Assembly (NCBI GenBank): GCA_963711565.1
Contig: CAVQEQ010000004.1
Span: forward strand, 768,001 to 832,000
DNA: 64,000 nucleotides
Source of the DNA: an uncultured delta proteobacterium
Lineage (GTDB): Bacteria > Desulfobacterota > Binatia > Binatales > Binataceae
Reading direction: 5' to 3'
The position numbers and the translations under genes were made by a program. Positions 29,207 through 38,996 of the stretch are shown piece by piece. Under the pieces are notes generated by a model, which saw nothing but the letters and a program-made list of their open reading frames with translations, was not told the origin of the DNA and did no database searches. Every line of letters starts with the position of its first letter. The stretch's first letter is position 1.

Positions 29207-29558
29207 CCCACCACCGGGTCGCTCAGCCCTTAGTTCCACAGATGGGCGAGGGGGAAAATCCCCCTCGCGCTCCTCCTGCCCAGAGCTCAAACTAACCCGG
29301 CCAGGAGTGATGCATTTTTACTCCGGCCTGTTGATGTACTTTTGCTCCGGCGTTGACATAAAGTTTCTATCTCGTCAATTGAGTATTCTGCGACCTACCG
29401 CGCAGTCGTCTAACCCCACCATCTAGAGTCCCCGCCTTGCGCGGCTCTGCTCAAGACCGTCGCGCCATCCCTTAGGCGGGATCGCTTACGCTTGTCACGG
29501 CAGCCTTGAACGGCTCCGCCGCGCTCATTGGTTGCTCCGCTGCGCTCCGCGTCGGTGA

Positions 29559-29606
29559 CTTTCCCTCCTCTCACTCTGGTCCGGGTGAAGAGCGAGAGGG
29601 GGAAAG
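29559..29606 (+). promoter_or_regulatory. Long stem-loop upstream of ardC (candidate ssDNA/Frpo-like promoter element)
   Basis: ctttccctcctctcactct pairs with agagcgagagggggaaag (one bulge, one mismatch). Confidence 0.4.
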
Positions 29607-29683
29607 AAAGGTTCGGGTCTTTAATGAGCCAAACCGCCCTTCCGCAGGAGCGGAAGCGGGCGAATTAGAAGGAGCGAATATCG

Positions 29684-30577
29684 ATGGATGTTTACAGCAT
29701 CATCACCGAACGGATTATCGAGAAACTCAGCGCAGGCGTTGTACCTTGGCACAAACCATGGCGAAGTGTCGGAGCACCTCGCAACCTCGCATCGAAGAAG
29801 GCCTACCGCGGCATCAATGTATGGCTCCTCACGGCGTCGGAATATACGTCACCGTATTGGGCGACCGTCCGGCAGGTAAACGAACTTGGCGGCCAAGTGC
29901 GAAAGGGCGAGAAGGCAACACCGGTGGTCTTCTGGCGCGTTTACGTCGATGGCGTCGAAATGAAGGCGTCAGGTAACGAGTGCGAGCCGGAAAACGAACA
30001 GACGGGAGGTCCGGGAAGGCGCCGATTTGTCTTACGCTACTACTCGGTTTTCAACACTAAGCAATGTGATCTTCCGGCCGCGATCACTGAGAAGTTGCAG
30101 GTACCCGAGGAGCGACCTATGGACCCTATCGTCGCATGCGAGAAGGCGCTTGCCGGGATGCCCAAGGCGCCCGAGATTCAGCACGCCGCCGATAAGGCTT
30201 TCTATTCGTCGGCGACCGACCGAATTACGATGCCGGCGCGCACGCTGTTCGAGAGCGCCGAAGAATACTGGTCAACCCTCTGGCATGAGGCCGCGCACGC
30301 GACTGGACATCCGAAGCGCCTCAACCGCGACTCGATCACTCAAGCCGCGCCGTTCGGATCGGCGATCTACAGCGCCGAGGAAGTCCTTGCGGAAATGACG
30401 GCGGCTTATCTGTGTGGAATGTGCGGGATCGCCAACCGCACGGTTAACAATTCCGCCGCGTATATCGCGGGATGGCTTGGGAAGCTTCGCGATGATCCCA
30501 AGCTCATCGTCCACGCGGCAGCCCAGGCACAGAAGGCCGCAGAATTCATCCTTGGCCGACAGGACCCTGAAAACTAG
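29684..30577 (+). CDS. ardC: ArdC anti-restriction protein (ssDNA-binding domain plus zincin-like metallopeptidase)
   Basis: PWHKPW, YRGINVWLL, GGQVRKGEK, YSVFN, HEAAHATGH, YSAEE, SAAYIAGW. Confidence 0.92.
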   Translation: MDVYSIITERIIEKLSAGVVPWHKPWRSVGAPRNLASKKAYRGINVWLLTASEYTSPYWATVRQVNELGGQVRKGEKATPVVFWRVYVDGVEMKASGNECEPENEQTGGPGRRRFVLRYYSVFNTKQCDLPAAITEKLQVPEERPMDPIVACEKALAGMPKAPEIQHAADKAFYSSATDRITMPARTLFESAEEYWSTLWHEAAHATGHPKRLNRDSITQAAPFGSAIYSAEEVLAEMTAAYLCGMCGIANRTVNNSAAYIAGWLGKLRDDPKLIVHAAAQAQKAAEFILGRQDPEN

Positions 30578-30583
30578 ACGACA

Positions 30584-30612
30584 GCGGCGCGGCTCCTTGG
30601 GGGGCCGCGCCG
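30584..30612 (+). terminator. GC-rich hairpin after ardC
   Basis: cggcgcggctcc / ggggccgcgccg inverted repeat; no clear U-tract. Confidence 0.4.
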
Positions 30613-30849
30613 AGTTACGCGGCACAAGCCGCGGAACTCATCGCCCGCGCACTGGTCTGAATCGTAGTGAAAAATCCACCACTTGAGCGCGATTCGCTGT
30701 GGAGAGCCCGACCTCTGCGGTCCTCAGAGGAGAATCGTACCGGCCCCTTTTTTGTTTAACTTTCTTGGCTATTCGCATACGCTTGACGCCGATATCATCG
30801 CCGTTCAAGGCGCGCGTAAGAGGCTATCGGACGCTTCGAGGTTGACAGA

Positions 30850-33800
30850 GTGTCGGAGGAGGGACGACCACATCAGTTAACAAATATCACTCGCCTGCGG
30901 GTCATCTACCGAGACAGCAAATCCGATGCGAGAATTCTGCTGGCGTTAAGAGATGAACTTAAGAAAAGACGTACCAAGAGCGCCCGCGAACTCCTCGCAA
31001 CCGTTCAGTGGCAGCTCGACAGAGTGATAGCCAAGCAGCGTGATGAAATGAGTGGGGGAAAACCGACAACCGATGATACGCGTGTCTCCGACGAGGCGAG
31101 AGACGGGGCCGAAGGTCCGGCCAGGCGTGTACTGAGTTCCCGAGAATTGGCGGCGCAGAAGCGTATCGCAGACTTGCGCATGCGGCTCCTCGATCTGAGC
31201 AACGGCAACCGGCTTCTTAACTACAAGTTCAGTAACCGCTCGCGCAGGCATGTGCGTTTGGTTGACGAACTTCCCGACAAAATCCTCAACAAGCTCGTAG
31301 AGGGAAAGCGCCTCACCTTCAAATCACTCCCGGAACCAGACGACGAACCCGAGGACGAAAAGAGCGACGAGTTCCTCTTGGCGCTTGAGCAGGCGAAACG
31401 CTCGGACGAAGAGTATCTCCAAGCGCTCAGAAACCTCGAAGACGACGACCAAGGCGATGTTACACGCCGCATCGAACGTGCTCTGCGCGACCGTCTCAGA
31501 AAGGCACTCGCGATGCCCGATCGTCGTGTGCGCGATCAGATTGGCAAAGCCGAATGGGCACGTCAGTCTGGCATAGATCCGAGCTTCGACCTTCCAATCC
31601 CAACTGCGGAACCCAAAGACTCATATCTCGACGGGGATCTGCAGACGCTTCTTTTGCCCGAGGAAATGGAACGGACACTCTCGGCCATCAACGACCAAGC
31701 CCGTAGTTCACTCCAAGAAACCGGCGTCAACACGCTCTACTTGGCAGTTGGATACCTCGAATGGTACGAGGCTCCCAATTCGCAGACTCCTTTGTACGCA
31801 CCGCTGCTCCTCCATCCAGTCAACATAGAACGAAAGATCGTGGCCGGCAGATATCGCTATTCGATCGGCAGTCTTGGCGAAGATAACGAAGTCAACATCA
31901 CCCTTTCCGAACGGTTGCACCAGGACTTTCACCGGCGTCTTCCGCCGCTGAGCGAGGAGGATACACCCGAAACTTACTTCGACAAGGTCGCAGCGACGAT
32001 CGAGGACATTCCCGGCTGGCGGGTCCGCCGTTTTGCAGTGGTCGGCCATTTTGCCTTCGCGCGCCTCGTTATGTTCCAAGATCTCGAAGAAACACGTTGG
32101 CCAGATGGCATCGGGATAATCGGCAATCCAGTTGTTGCCGAGCTCTTCGCCGGTCACGGCGCAGTCGGAGACGCTTTTTTCGCTGAAGACTACGAAGTTG
32201 ACCAGCCTTCGATAGCGGCCAAGGTCCCGCTCCTGATTACTGACGCGGATTCTTCTCAGTTCAGCGCGATCGTCGATGTGATGGACGGCAAAAATCTTGC
32301 GATTAAGGGACCACCCGGCACTGGAAAATCTCAGACGATCACAAACATCATCGCGGCAGCGCTCGCCAGCGCCAAGACGGTGTTGTTCGTAGCGGAAAAG
32401 ATGGCCGCGCTCAACGTCGTGAAAGACCGACTCGAAAAGGCGGGACTCGGACATTTCTGCCTCGAACTCCATTCCACAAAGTCGCGGAAAACTGATCTTC
32501 TGCAATCGTTAGAAAGACGATTGGACATACAAGGAAAAATGCGCGCGGAAGGTGAGTTGTCGGGCGCCCTGAAGGAGCTTGAACGCACGCGCGACCAATT
32601 GTCCGATTATGCAGCAACGATCAACCGCTCCTTCGGCGCTTCTGGCAAAACGATACATGGAATCTTGTGGTCTGAGCAGCGAACACGTGACAGTCTCGAT
32701 GGGCTTCCGGACGCGCTCAACGCTATCGAGCTTGTCGGCGCAAAAGACATGACGCGCCACGACCACGACGCCCTCGCTGACAAGCTGGAGGTTTTGGCCG
32801 GAGCCTACGCGGAAGTCTCTGCGGCCGGCGATGTTGCAGATCATCCCTGGTACGGCATTCGTCAACCGCTCGACTATTTTGCGCGCGAACGTTTCGTGGA
32901 GGACGTGAAGGGGCTCTCCGATGCACTGTGCCAGCTTGCCGGCACAGTTGAGGCGATAGCCACCAGCGTCGAATCCCCGGTCTCCGACACGGTAGGAGAC
33001 GCTCAAGACTTGGCGGAGGCGCTGAAGCGGCTGCCGGGCCCAGCAGCGGATATCGACCTTGAACTATACCCAGCAGTGCAAGATGAAAAATCATTCGCGT
33101 CACTGGAAGCATTCCAGAGGAATCAGACCGCGTGGCTGGACGCAGGGCGCCGAATTGCCGAATCCGTTCTTGATCTTGACGCGGTTGCGCACCGCATTAG
33201 CGAGCTGGAGACAGCAGCGTCGCTCGCAGGCCAGATCGATCTTGATGACAAGCTGGTCCGTTCGCTTCAAGAACAGGCTGTGACGTTTTCTGCAGAAGCC
33301 AGCCTAGTCGAGCGCACGAGCGCTTTCGGTATCCGCCTAGCCGAAGCGATCGGCATCGAGAAACCAACGACTGTTAGCCAAGTCCGAAAACTGCTGGCGT
33401 GCGCGAACCATGCCGCGTCGCTCGCATCCGACTTAAGGTCATTGCGCGAGCCCGGCCTTTTCGACGAGGCCGCATTGCACCTTCTTGCTGAAGGCGATGC
33501 TCGGGCCCGAGCGCTTCAAAGTAAGCTGACTTCGCTTTCAGGCCGGCTCGCCGTCGGACTAGATGGCCAAGCGCACGAGTGGCGCGGCCATGCCCAAGCA
33601 CTACGTGCAGCAACTTTCCCCTCTCGGCTCTGGCGAAAAGACGTGCGACTCGCGAAGCATCGCTACAAAGGGCTCATGCGTGTGCAGGCCAAGCCGAAAC
33701 TGTTTGATATCGCGAACGACTTTGAGGCCATCGCCGAATGCATCGAACTCTCCTTCAGCCTCAGTTCCGACGTTGGCCTCCAGGGGGTTTGTGGACGCCA

Positions 33801-36264
33801 CTTCCGCGGCCACGAGACACCATTTGACCGCCTTATCGCGGTCAACACCTATGCAATTTCTGTCAAGCGGACCTATGGCGCAGGCGACGCTATCGACAAT
33901 CGCATACGCGAGGCGCTTCTCCATTCAGCCCCCGATGATCTAACTCGGGTTGCTGCCCTCAGCGAAGATCCAGCGGCCGCTGTCGTCGCGCAGGCTCTCG
34001 ATACCTTCAGCGATCCGAGCGCTGACTTGGTCGAAAGTCTTAATACGCTGACCGTTCGTGCTGCGAAAACGGCGGAACTCGGCCGCCATGCGCAGTCTGT
34101 CGGCCTGAAACCAGACCTGCTGATCGGAGATATCAAAGCCGTTGCCCAAGCCGCTGCGGCACGGCTTGCAGCGGAGAACGCGATCGCCTCGAACCAAAGA
34201 GCGCGCGAACTCTTGGGCGCACGATGGCACGGACCACAAAGTGATCGGACCCTGGTTTTGCAAGTTCTCCAAGCAGCATCCGACGTGGATCAGGCGATGT
34301 TACCTTCCACGGTAAGGCGATACCTTTACCATGCAGAGCGCGACACCCGCATTGCGCAGCTCAAGATTCTGCAAGCAAAGATGGATGAAGCTTTAGGTGC
34401 GCTCCAAGAAAACTGGCGGAACGCAACCCAACGAGGAAACATAGACGAGATAGCTTTCTTCGGCTCCTCAATTCGCGACCTCGCGATTGGTAAAGGTACT
34501 ACACGCATCGCGCGAGCGCTCGATGCGCCTGACCAACTAGTGGCCTGGACGGCGTGGCTGGTCGCGCGCCAAGACTGCTTTGAGAATGGGCTCGGCGGCA
34601 TCATCGAAGCGTTCGCGAGCCAACCGCTTGCCTCGCCCCGCCTATCGGCGGCTTTGGACCGCGTCTTTTGGCGCACGCTGGCCCGCGCGGCGCTCGCGGA
34701 ACATCCGGTTCTAGCTCGCTTTCGCGGCCTCCAACTCGAAAATGCGAGAGAACGATTTCGTCGCCTCGACGAGGAAATCATCCAACTGCAGCGGAAATCA
34801 CTTGCCGCTGAGCTCTGTCGTCGGCCCATCGATCAAGGCTACAAGGGCGACTACCGCAGATACGATACTGGTCGCGTTTTAATAAATCACGAAATCGGGA
34901 AACAGAAGCGCCACATACCAGTGCGCGAATTGCTGGACCGGGCTGGTCGTGCGATCCAGCAGATGAAACCCTGTTTCATGATGTCACCGCTTTCGGTTGC
35001 GCAGTTTTTGAAACCAAGAGGGCTTAGCTTCGACCTCGTGCTCATAGACGAGGCCTCACAGATGCGTCCCGAAGAGGCTCTCGGTGCTCTAGCTCGCGGC
35101 GGACAACTGGTGGTCGTCGGGGATCCCATGCAATTGCCGCCAACTTCCTTTTTCGATCGGGGTGACCGCCTTGTTGAAGACGAAATTGACGAAGAGGAAA
35201 TAGTCGACAACGAGTCGATTCTGGATTTAGCGCTGGCGGAGTTCCGGCCGTCACGTTCATTGCGCTGGCATTACCGGTCGCGCCACGAGAGTCTGATCGC
35301 TTTTTCGAATCGGCAGTTTTACAACGACCTGATCGTTTTTCCGTCACCGCTTGACCCGGACCGCGACAAGAGAGATCCGAGACTCGGAGTTTATCATCAC
35401 TTTGTAGCAGGCAAGTACAAAGGTCGCGTCAACATCGAAGAAGCGCAGCACGTTGCTGAGGCCGCGACTGCGTTCATGGCCGCCGAACCTGACAAGTCTC
35501 TCGGGATCGTTACGCTGAACCAAACCCAGCGTGACGTATTGCTCGAGGAGCTGGAGCGGCTCGTGCCGCGCGAGCGATCGGCGCAAAAATATATCGAGCG
35601 TTGGGAAGACACGCTGGAACCTTTCTTTGTGAAGAACCTTGAGAATGTGCAAGGCGACGAGCGCGACGTCATATTCATTTCGACCGCCTACGGCCCAGAC
35701 GCAGTAACCGGTGTGGTAATGAACCGGTTCGGCCCCATAAATGGAAAACACGGGCATCGGCGCTTGAATGTACTGTTCACGCGCGCGAAGGACCGCGTCG
35801 AAGTCTTCACTTCAATGCGGCCGAGCGACATCAGAACAGACGAGGCCTCCCAGCTTGGCGCGCGTACGCTCAAGGCATATCTGGAATACGCCGAGACCGG
35901 CAAACTCGATGCCGGAGCGACCAGTGGACGCGAGCCCGATTCCGAGTTCGAGGAACTCGTGAGGGACCGATTGCAGGAGAAAGGTTTCGAAGTCGTCCCA
36001 CAGGTTGGAGTAGCAGGCTATTTCATCGATCTGGCGGTTAAGCATCCAAAGCGTAGCGGCTTCGTCCTCGGAATCGAGTGCGATGGCGCTGGCTATCACT
36101 CAAGCCGCTCCGCTCGCGACCGGGACCGGCTCCGTCAGCAAGTATTGGAACGGCTGCAGTGGAATATCTACCGGGTTTGGTCAACCGACTGGTTTCAGAA
36201 TCCAGCTCAAGAGTTTCGCAAACTACTGACCCATTTGGATCGTCTCGTTAGCGAGATAGCCTGA
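30850..36264 (+). CDS. DUF4011, SF1 (DNA2/NAM7-like) helicase and Vsr/MTES_1575-like nuclease; Hhe-like antiphage protein
   Basis: LLDLSNGNRLLN, GPPGTGKSQTI, DEASQ, GDPMQLPP, HYRSRHESLI, VQGDERD, RRLNVLFTRA, IECDG..YHS..RDRDRLRQ, WSTDW. Confidence 0.88.
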   Translation: MSEEGRPHQLTNITRLRVIYRDSKSDARILLALRDELKKRRTKSARELLATVQWQLDRVIAKQRDEMSGGKPTTDDTRVSDEARDGAEGPARRVLSSRELAAQKRIADLRMRLLDLSNGNRLLNYKFSNRSRRHVRLVDELPDKILNKLVEGKRLTFKSLPEPDDEPEDEKSDEFLLALEQAKRSDEEYLQALRNLEDDDQGDVTRRIERALRDRLRKALAMPDRRVRDQIGKAEWARQSGIDPSFDLPIPTAEPKDSYLDGDLQTLLLPEEMERTLSAINDQARSSLQETGVNTLYLAVGYLEWYEAPNSQTPLYAPLLLHPVNIERKIVAGRYRYSIGSLGEDNEVNITLSERLHQDFHRRLPPLSEEDTPETYFDKVAATIEDIPGWRVRRFAVVGHFAFARLVMFQDLEETRWPDGIGIIGNPVVAELFAGHGAVGDAFFAEDYEVDQPSIAAKVPLLITDADSSQFSAIVDVMDGKNLAIKGPPGTGKSQTITNIIAAALASAKTVLFVAEKMAALNVVKDRLEKAGLGHFCLELHSTKSRKTDLLQSLERRLDIQGKMRAEGELSGALKELERTRDQLSDYAATINRSFGASGKTIHGILWSEQRTRDSLDGLPDALNAIELVGAKDMTRHDHDALADKLEVLAGAYAEVSAAGDVADHPWYGIRQPLDYFARERFVEDVKGLSDALCQLAGTVEAIATSVESPVSDTVGDAQDLAEALKRLPGPAADIDLELYPAVQDEKSFASLEAFQRNQTAWLDAGRRIAESVLDLDAVAHRISELETAASLAGQIDLDDKLVRSLQEQAVTFSAEASLVERTSAFGIRLAEAIGIEKPTTVSQVRKLLACANHAASLASDLRSLREPGLFDEAALHLLAEGDARARALQSKLTSLSGRLAVGLDGQAHEWRGHAQALRAATFPSRLWRKDVRLAKHRYKGLMRVQAKPKLFDIANDFEAIAECIELSFSLSSDVGLQGVCGRHFRGHETPFDRLIAVNTYAISVKRTYGAGDAIDNRIREALLHSAPDDLTRVAALSEDPAAAVVAQALDTFSDPSADLVESLNTLTVRAAKTAELGRHAQSVGLKPDLLIGDIKAVAQAAAARLAAENAIASNQRARELLGARWHGPQSDRTLVLQVLQAASDVDQAMLPSTVRRYLYHAERDTRIAQLKILQAKMDEALGALQENWRNATQRGNIDEIAFFGSSIRDLAIGKGTTRIARALDAPDQLVAWTAWLVARQDCFENGLGGIIEAFASQPLASPRLSAALDRVFWRTLARAALAEHPVLARFRGLQLENARERFRRLDEEIIQLQRKSLAAELCRRPIDQGYKGDYRRYDTGRVLINHEIGKQKRHIPVRELLDRAGRAIQQMKPCFMMSPLSVAQFLKPRGLSFDLVLIDEASQMRPEEALGALARGGQLVVVGDPMQLPPTSFFDRGDRLVEDEIDEEEIVDNESILDLALAEFRPSRSLRWHYRSRHESLIAFSNRQFYNDLIVFPSPLDPDRDKRDPRLGVYHHFVAGKYKGRVNIEEAQHVAEAATAFMAAEPDKSLGIVTLNQTQRDVLLEELERLVPRERSAQKYIERWEDTLEPFFVKNLENVQGDERDVIFISTAYGPDAVTGVVMNRFGPINGKHGHRRLNVLFTRAKDRVEVFTSMRPSDIRTDEASQLGARTLKAYLEYAETGKLDAGATSGREPDSEFEELVRDRLQEKGFEVVPQVGVAGYFIDLAVKHPKRSGFVLGIECDGAGYHSSRSARDRDRLRQQVLERLQWNIYRVWSTDWFQNPAQEFRKLLTHLDRLVSEIA

Positions 36265-36335
36265 ACCTCGATACCGCCCACGCCTCCGCTAAAAAAGCTT
36301 TCTGAAGAAAATCGGAGCATGCACTCTCTTGCGAA

Positions 36336-36660
36336 CTACAAGAGTTCGCGGATTTCCAGAAAGCGAGCCTTCGCCTCCGGCCAGGTCGGGTACGGTCCAT
36401 AACAAAGCAGTCGACACTGCGCTTCGTACTCTGCACCAATAACCTCTTCCAACTCCGAGGGCGGAGAGAGCACATCGCTCCGCGCGAAGCTCTTTTGTCC
36501 GGAGGAAAGTAGCCTTCCGCGAAGTGAGTTCGGCTGACCAAGTCGTAGTCCTTCTTGATGCTTGCGACTGATCAGACTTGAGCATTGCGAGCACTTCTGG
36601 CTTGTCCGATAGCTGATAGAGATCGTAGTAGTGACGGGCATAGCTGCCGAGCCCTCTGTA
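36336..36660 (-). pseudogene. Remnant of an AbiEii/AbiGii-type nucleotidyltransferase toxin (C-terminal part, several frames)
   Basis: RHYYDLYQL in one frame; EYEAQCRLLCYGPYPTW..ARFLEIRELL in another. Confidence 0.55.
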
Positions 36661-37146
36661 TGGACCAGCCAGCTCGCAAACCGCAGCGCGTAGTCGGCGT
36701 TCCTGTGCACATCCGCGTCTGCGTCGATCAATGCCCGGACCTTGCTCGGCATGGCCCAGATGGCTCTCAGTCATCAGCTCAAAATCAAGCTCGAAATATG
36801 TCCATGGACTTTTTGATTTGGTGCGATCCGTTTCAGTTGAAGGCGCTGAAAGCTGCACCAGCTTTGACCGGATCGTCAAGATGATTCCACATACGCACCA
36901 AACGTAAAGGGAGCGCCTGTCCCGAGCTGAAAAGGCGTCACTTCGTGGCAGTTACCCTCCATAAACCACTGCCAACTTGGCGGGCCACTAGACGTTTCTG
37001 GACACGCAGTTTGCGTCCATCGTCTGTCTGTCATTATGAGCGTTGCTCGCTTAGAATGCCGCTGCCCACCCCGAGGGGGGAGAGAGTGGCGCGTTTCGGT
37101 CGTCTCAGCGCTGAGGTCCAGCGGTTTCGAACAAGGGAGGTATTGT

Positions 37147-38364
37147 ATGCGGCGCACTCTACCGGTGTTGTGTATCATCGTAGACTTGCTCTTTCCACTC
37201 GGTGCGCACGGCCAGCCGACCCCCGCACCGAGGCTTCTCACAGTTGTGCTTTATCCCTTCATCCCCGAATACCCCACTGTTCAAGCCGAATTGAAGAAGG
37301 GGTTTGAAGCACAGCACCCGGACATCGCTGTTAATTTCCCTGATCTAACCTCCAACTATTACGATTCGACGAAGGCCAATTATATTGGCGCCACCTCGGC
37401 CGACGTTTACGAACTGGACTCGGTATTTCTCAAGGACTTTGTGAAGAAGGGACTAATCAAACCTTGGCCGCCCAATGTTCTCTTGCCGGAAGACCAACTC
37501 GTCAAAAACGCAGTCGCAGGTTCAAAAGTGAATGGCATTCGCTACGGGGCGGCTCATTGGCTGTGCGGGAATTTCTTATTTTTCAAGAAGGCAGACGCCG
37601 CGTTTGCTGGTGTGACGCGGTTGAGCGATTTGGAGAAGTTGATCGGCGTCTCTAATCGTCCGGCCGGCCGCGGACTCGCTGTTGATATGAAGGGCAAGAG
37701 CACTCTAGGTGAATTCGACCTCGAAACCGCCTTCGATCATTACGGAGATTGGCAGAAGGCGCATCAGCACTTGAACTCTATCGATCCGATCCTCGAATAC
37801 GACCTGGTTCGCCTTATCGACCTTTGCGATCCGGGGATGTGCAGAAACGGTGATTATCATAGCAACGATCCCGACATTTACGCGAGATTGTTCGATGATC
37901 AGAAGGCTCGCGTTTTACTGGGGTACTCGGAAGGACTCCACCCTGCTTTGGTTGAAAGCGCCCAATGTAAGCCGGGGATCCAGTGCCTCAAGGACGGCGA
38001 TATCGATGTGGTTGGATTTCCATCGGATGATAACGGCCGACACCAGATGTCATGGGTAGACTCTTATGTTCTCGATCGCGGCTCTGATCGACAGCGAACA
38101 GCCGATGCCGCCGCATTTGTGCAATATATGCAGTCAGACGAAGTCTACAAGATGATTCTGCTACACAGCGGACTCGCTCCAGCTTATCTGTTGCCGGCTA
38201 AGGCGTTACTGTATCAGGATCCCGAAGTTATCCAGGCAGCTCACCTCTATCCCCAACTCAAGACTTTAATCGAAGACGCCGAGGTTCCGTCTGAAGTTGG
38301 ACTGAACGACGAGCTAAGAGCTCGAGGTATGCAACTCGATCGCCAATTATCCTGCAACCCGTAG
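37147..38364 (+). CDS. Thiaminase I (thiamine pyridinylase), secreted
   Basis: AGGGAGG RBS and signal peptide; LYPFIP, DVYELDSVFL, catalytic Cys in WLCGN, catalytic Glu in GYSEG, YLLPA, all collinear with recalled thiaminase I motifs. Confidence 0.82.
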   Translation: MRRTLPVLCIIVDLLFPLGAHGQPTPAPRLLTVVLYPFIPEYPTVQAELKKGFEAQHPDIAVNFPDLTSNYYDSTKANYIGATSADVYELDSVFLKDFVKKGLIKPWPPNVLLPEDQLVKNAVAGSKVNGIRYGAAHWLCGNFLFFKKADAAFAGVTRLSDLEKLIGVSNRPAGRGLAVDMKGKSTLGEFDLETAFDHYGDWQKAHQHLNSIDPILEYDLVRLIDLCDPGMCRNGDYHSNDPDIYARLFDDQKARVLLGYSEGLHPALVESAQCKPGIQCLKDGDIDVVGFPSDDNGRHQMSWVDSYVLDRGSDRQRTADAAAFVQYMQSDEVYKMILLHSGLAPAYLLPAKALLYQDPEVIQAAHLYPQLKTLIEDAEVPSEVGLNDELRARGMQLDRQLSCNP

Positions 38365-38465
38365 AACTAACAGATTCGCGCTCTTATAAAGAATCTCGGG
38401 GGATCATCAGCCTGAAACCGAGGTAAGACTGATCGTCACAGCGCGTAGCGCCGCAATAAGGCCCG

Positions 38466-38969
38466 ATGGCAGAGGCCTCGTTGACTCGAAAGGAAAATCG
38501 GATGAGCGAAGAAATGCATATGAGCACGCCGGAACTTAACACTCGCTGGATTGCAGACCGATTGTCGCCATGGATTCAGTGGTCTCGGCGAAGCGAGTTC
38601 AGCCCGCTCGGTTGGATGCTCCCGGGCGTTTACCTCCTTGCGCACCTCGAGTCTTTGCCGGACACCGTTGATCCGACTGACGAGAGAATCATCTACATCG
38701 GCGAGACTCACGCCCTCGACCAAGCTCTGAAATTCCGCTGGCAGGCATTTCACCAAGGAGCCTTCAAACTCGGAAATGGACCTCATGCCGGAGGTAACAC
38801 ATATCATAAGACGTTCGGCGCCTCCCGCGAGAAGGAACTTTGCGTGAGCGCGCTAGCATTGAAACTCGATCCGCCTTTGCGTTCTGCATTCATCCTAGCT
38901 GCGGAGCGCCTGCTGATTTGGCAGTTTGTCCTGAAACATGGTCGTCTGCCTAGGTGCAACAAGGAATAG
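38466..38969 (+). CDS. GIY-YIG superfamily nuclease-like protein
   Basis: PGVYLLA...IIYIGET...LKFRW...HAGG...AERLLI...CN. Confidence 0.65.
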   Translation: MAEASLTRKENRMSEEMHMSTPELNTRWIADRLSPWIQWSRRSEFSPLGWMLPGVYLLAHLESLPDTVDPTDERIIYIGETHALDQALKFRWQAFHQGAFKLGNGPHAGGNTYHKTFGASREKELCVSALALKLDPPLRSAFILAAERLLIWQFVLKHGRLPRCNKE

Positions 38970-38996
38970 CCGACCAGAACACGACTCCGAACGAGC

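Larger units (their letters stand above)
26818..29358 (+). mobile_element. IS21-family insertion sequence
   Basis: Terminal IRs TGTAAGCGCCGGAGAGAAAATCCCTCA and (reverse complement) TGTCAACGCCGGAGCAAAAGTACATCA, with internal repeated GCCGGAGTAAAA motifs; istA and istB inside. Confidence 0.92.
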
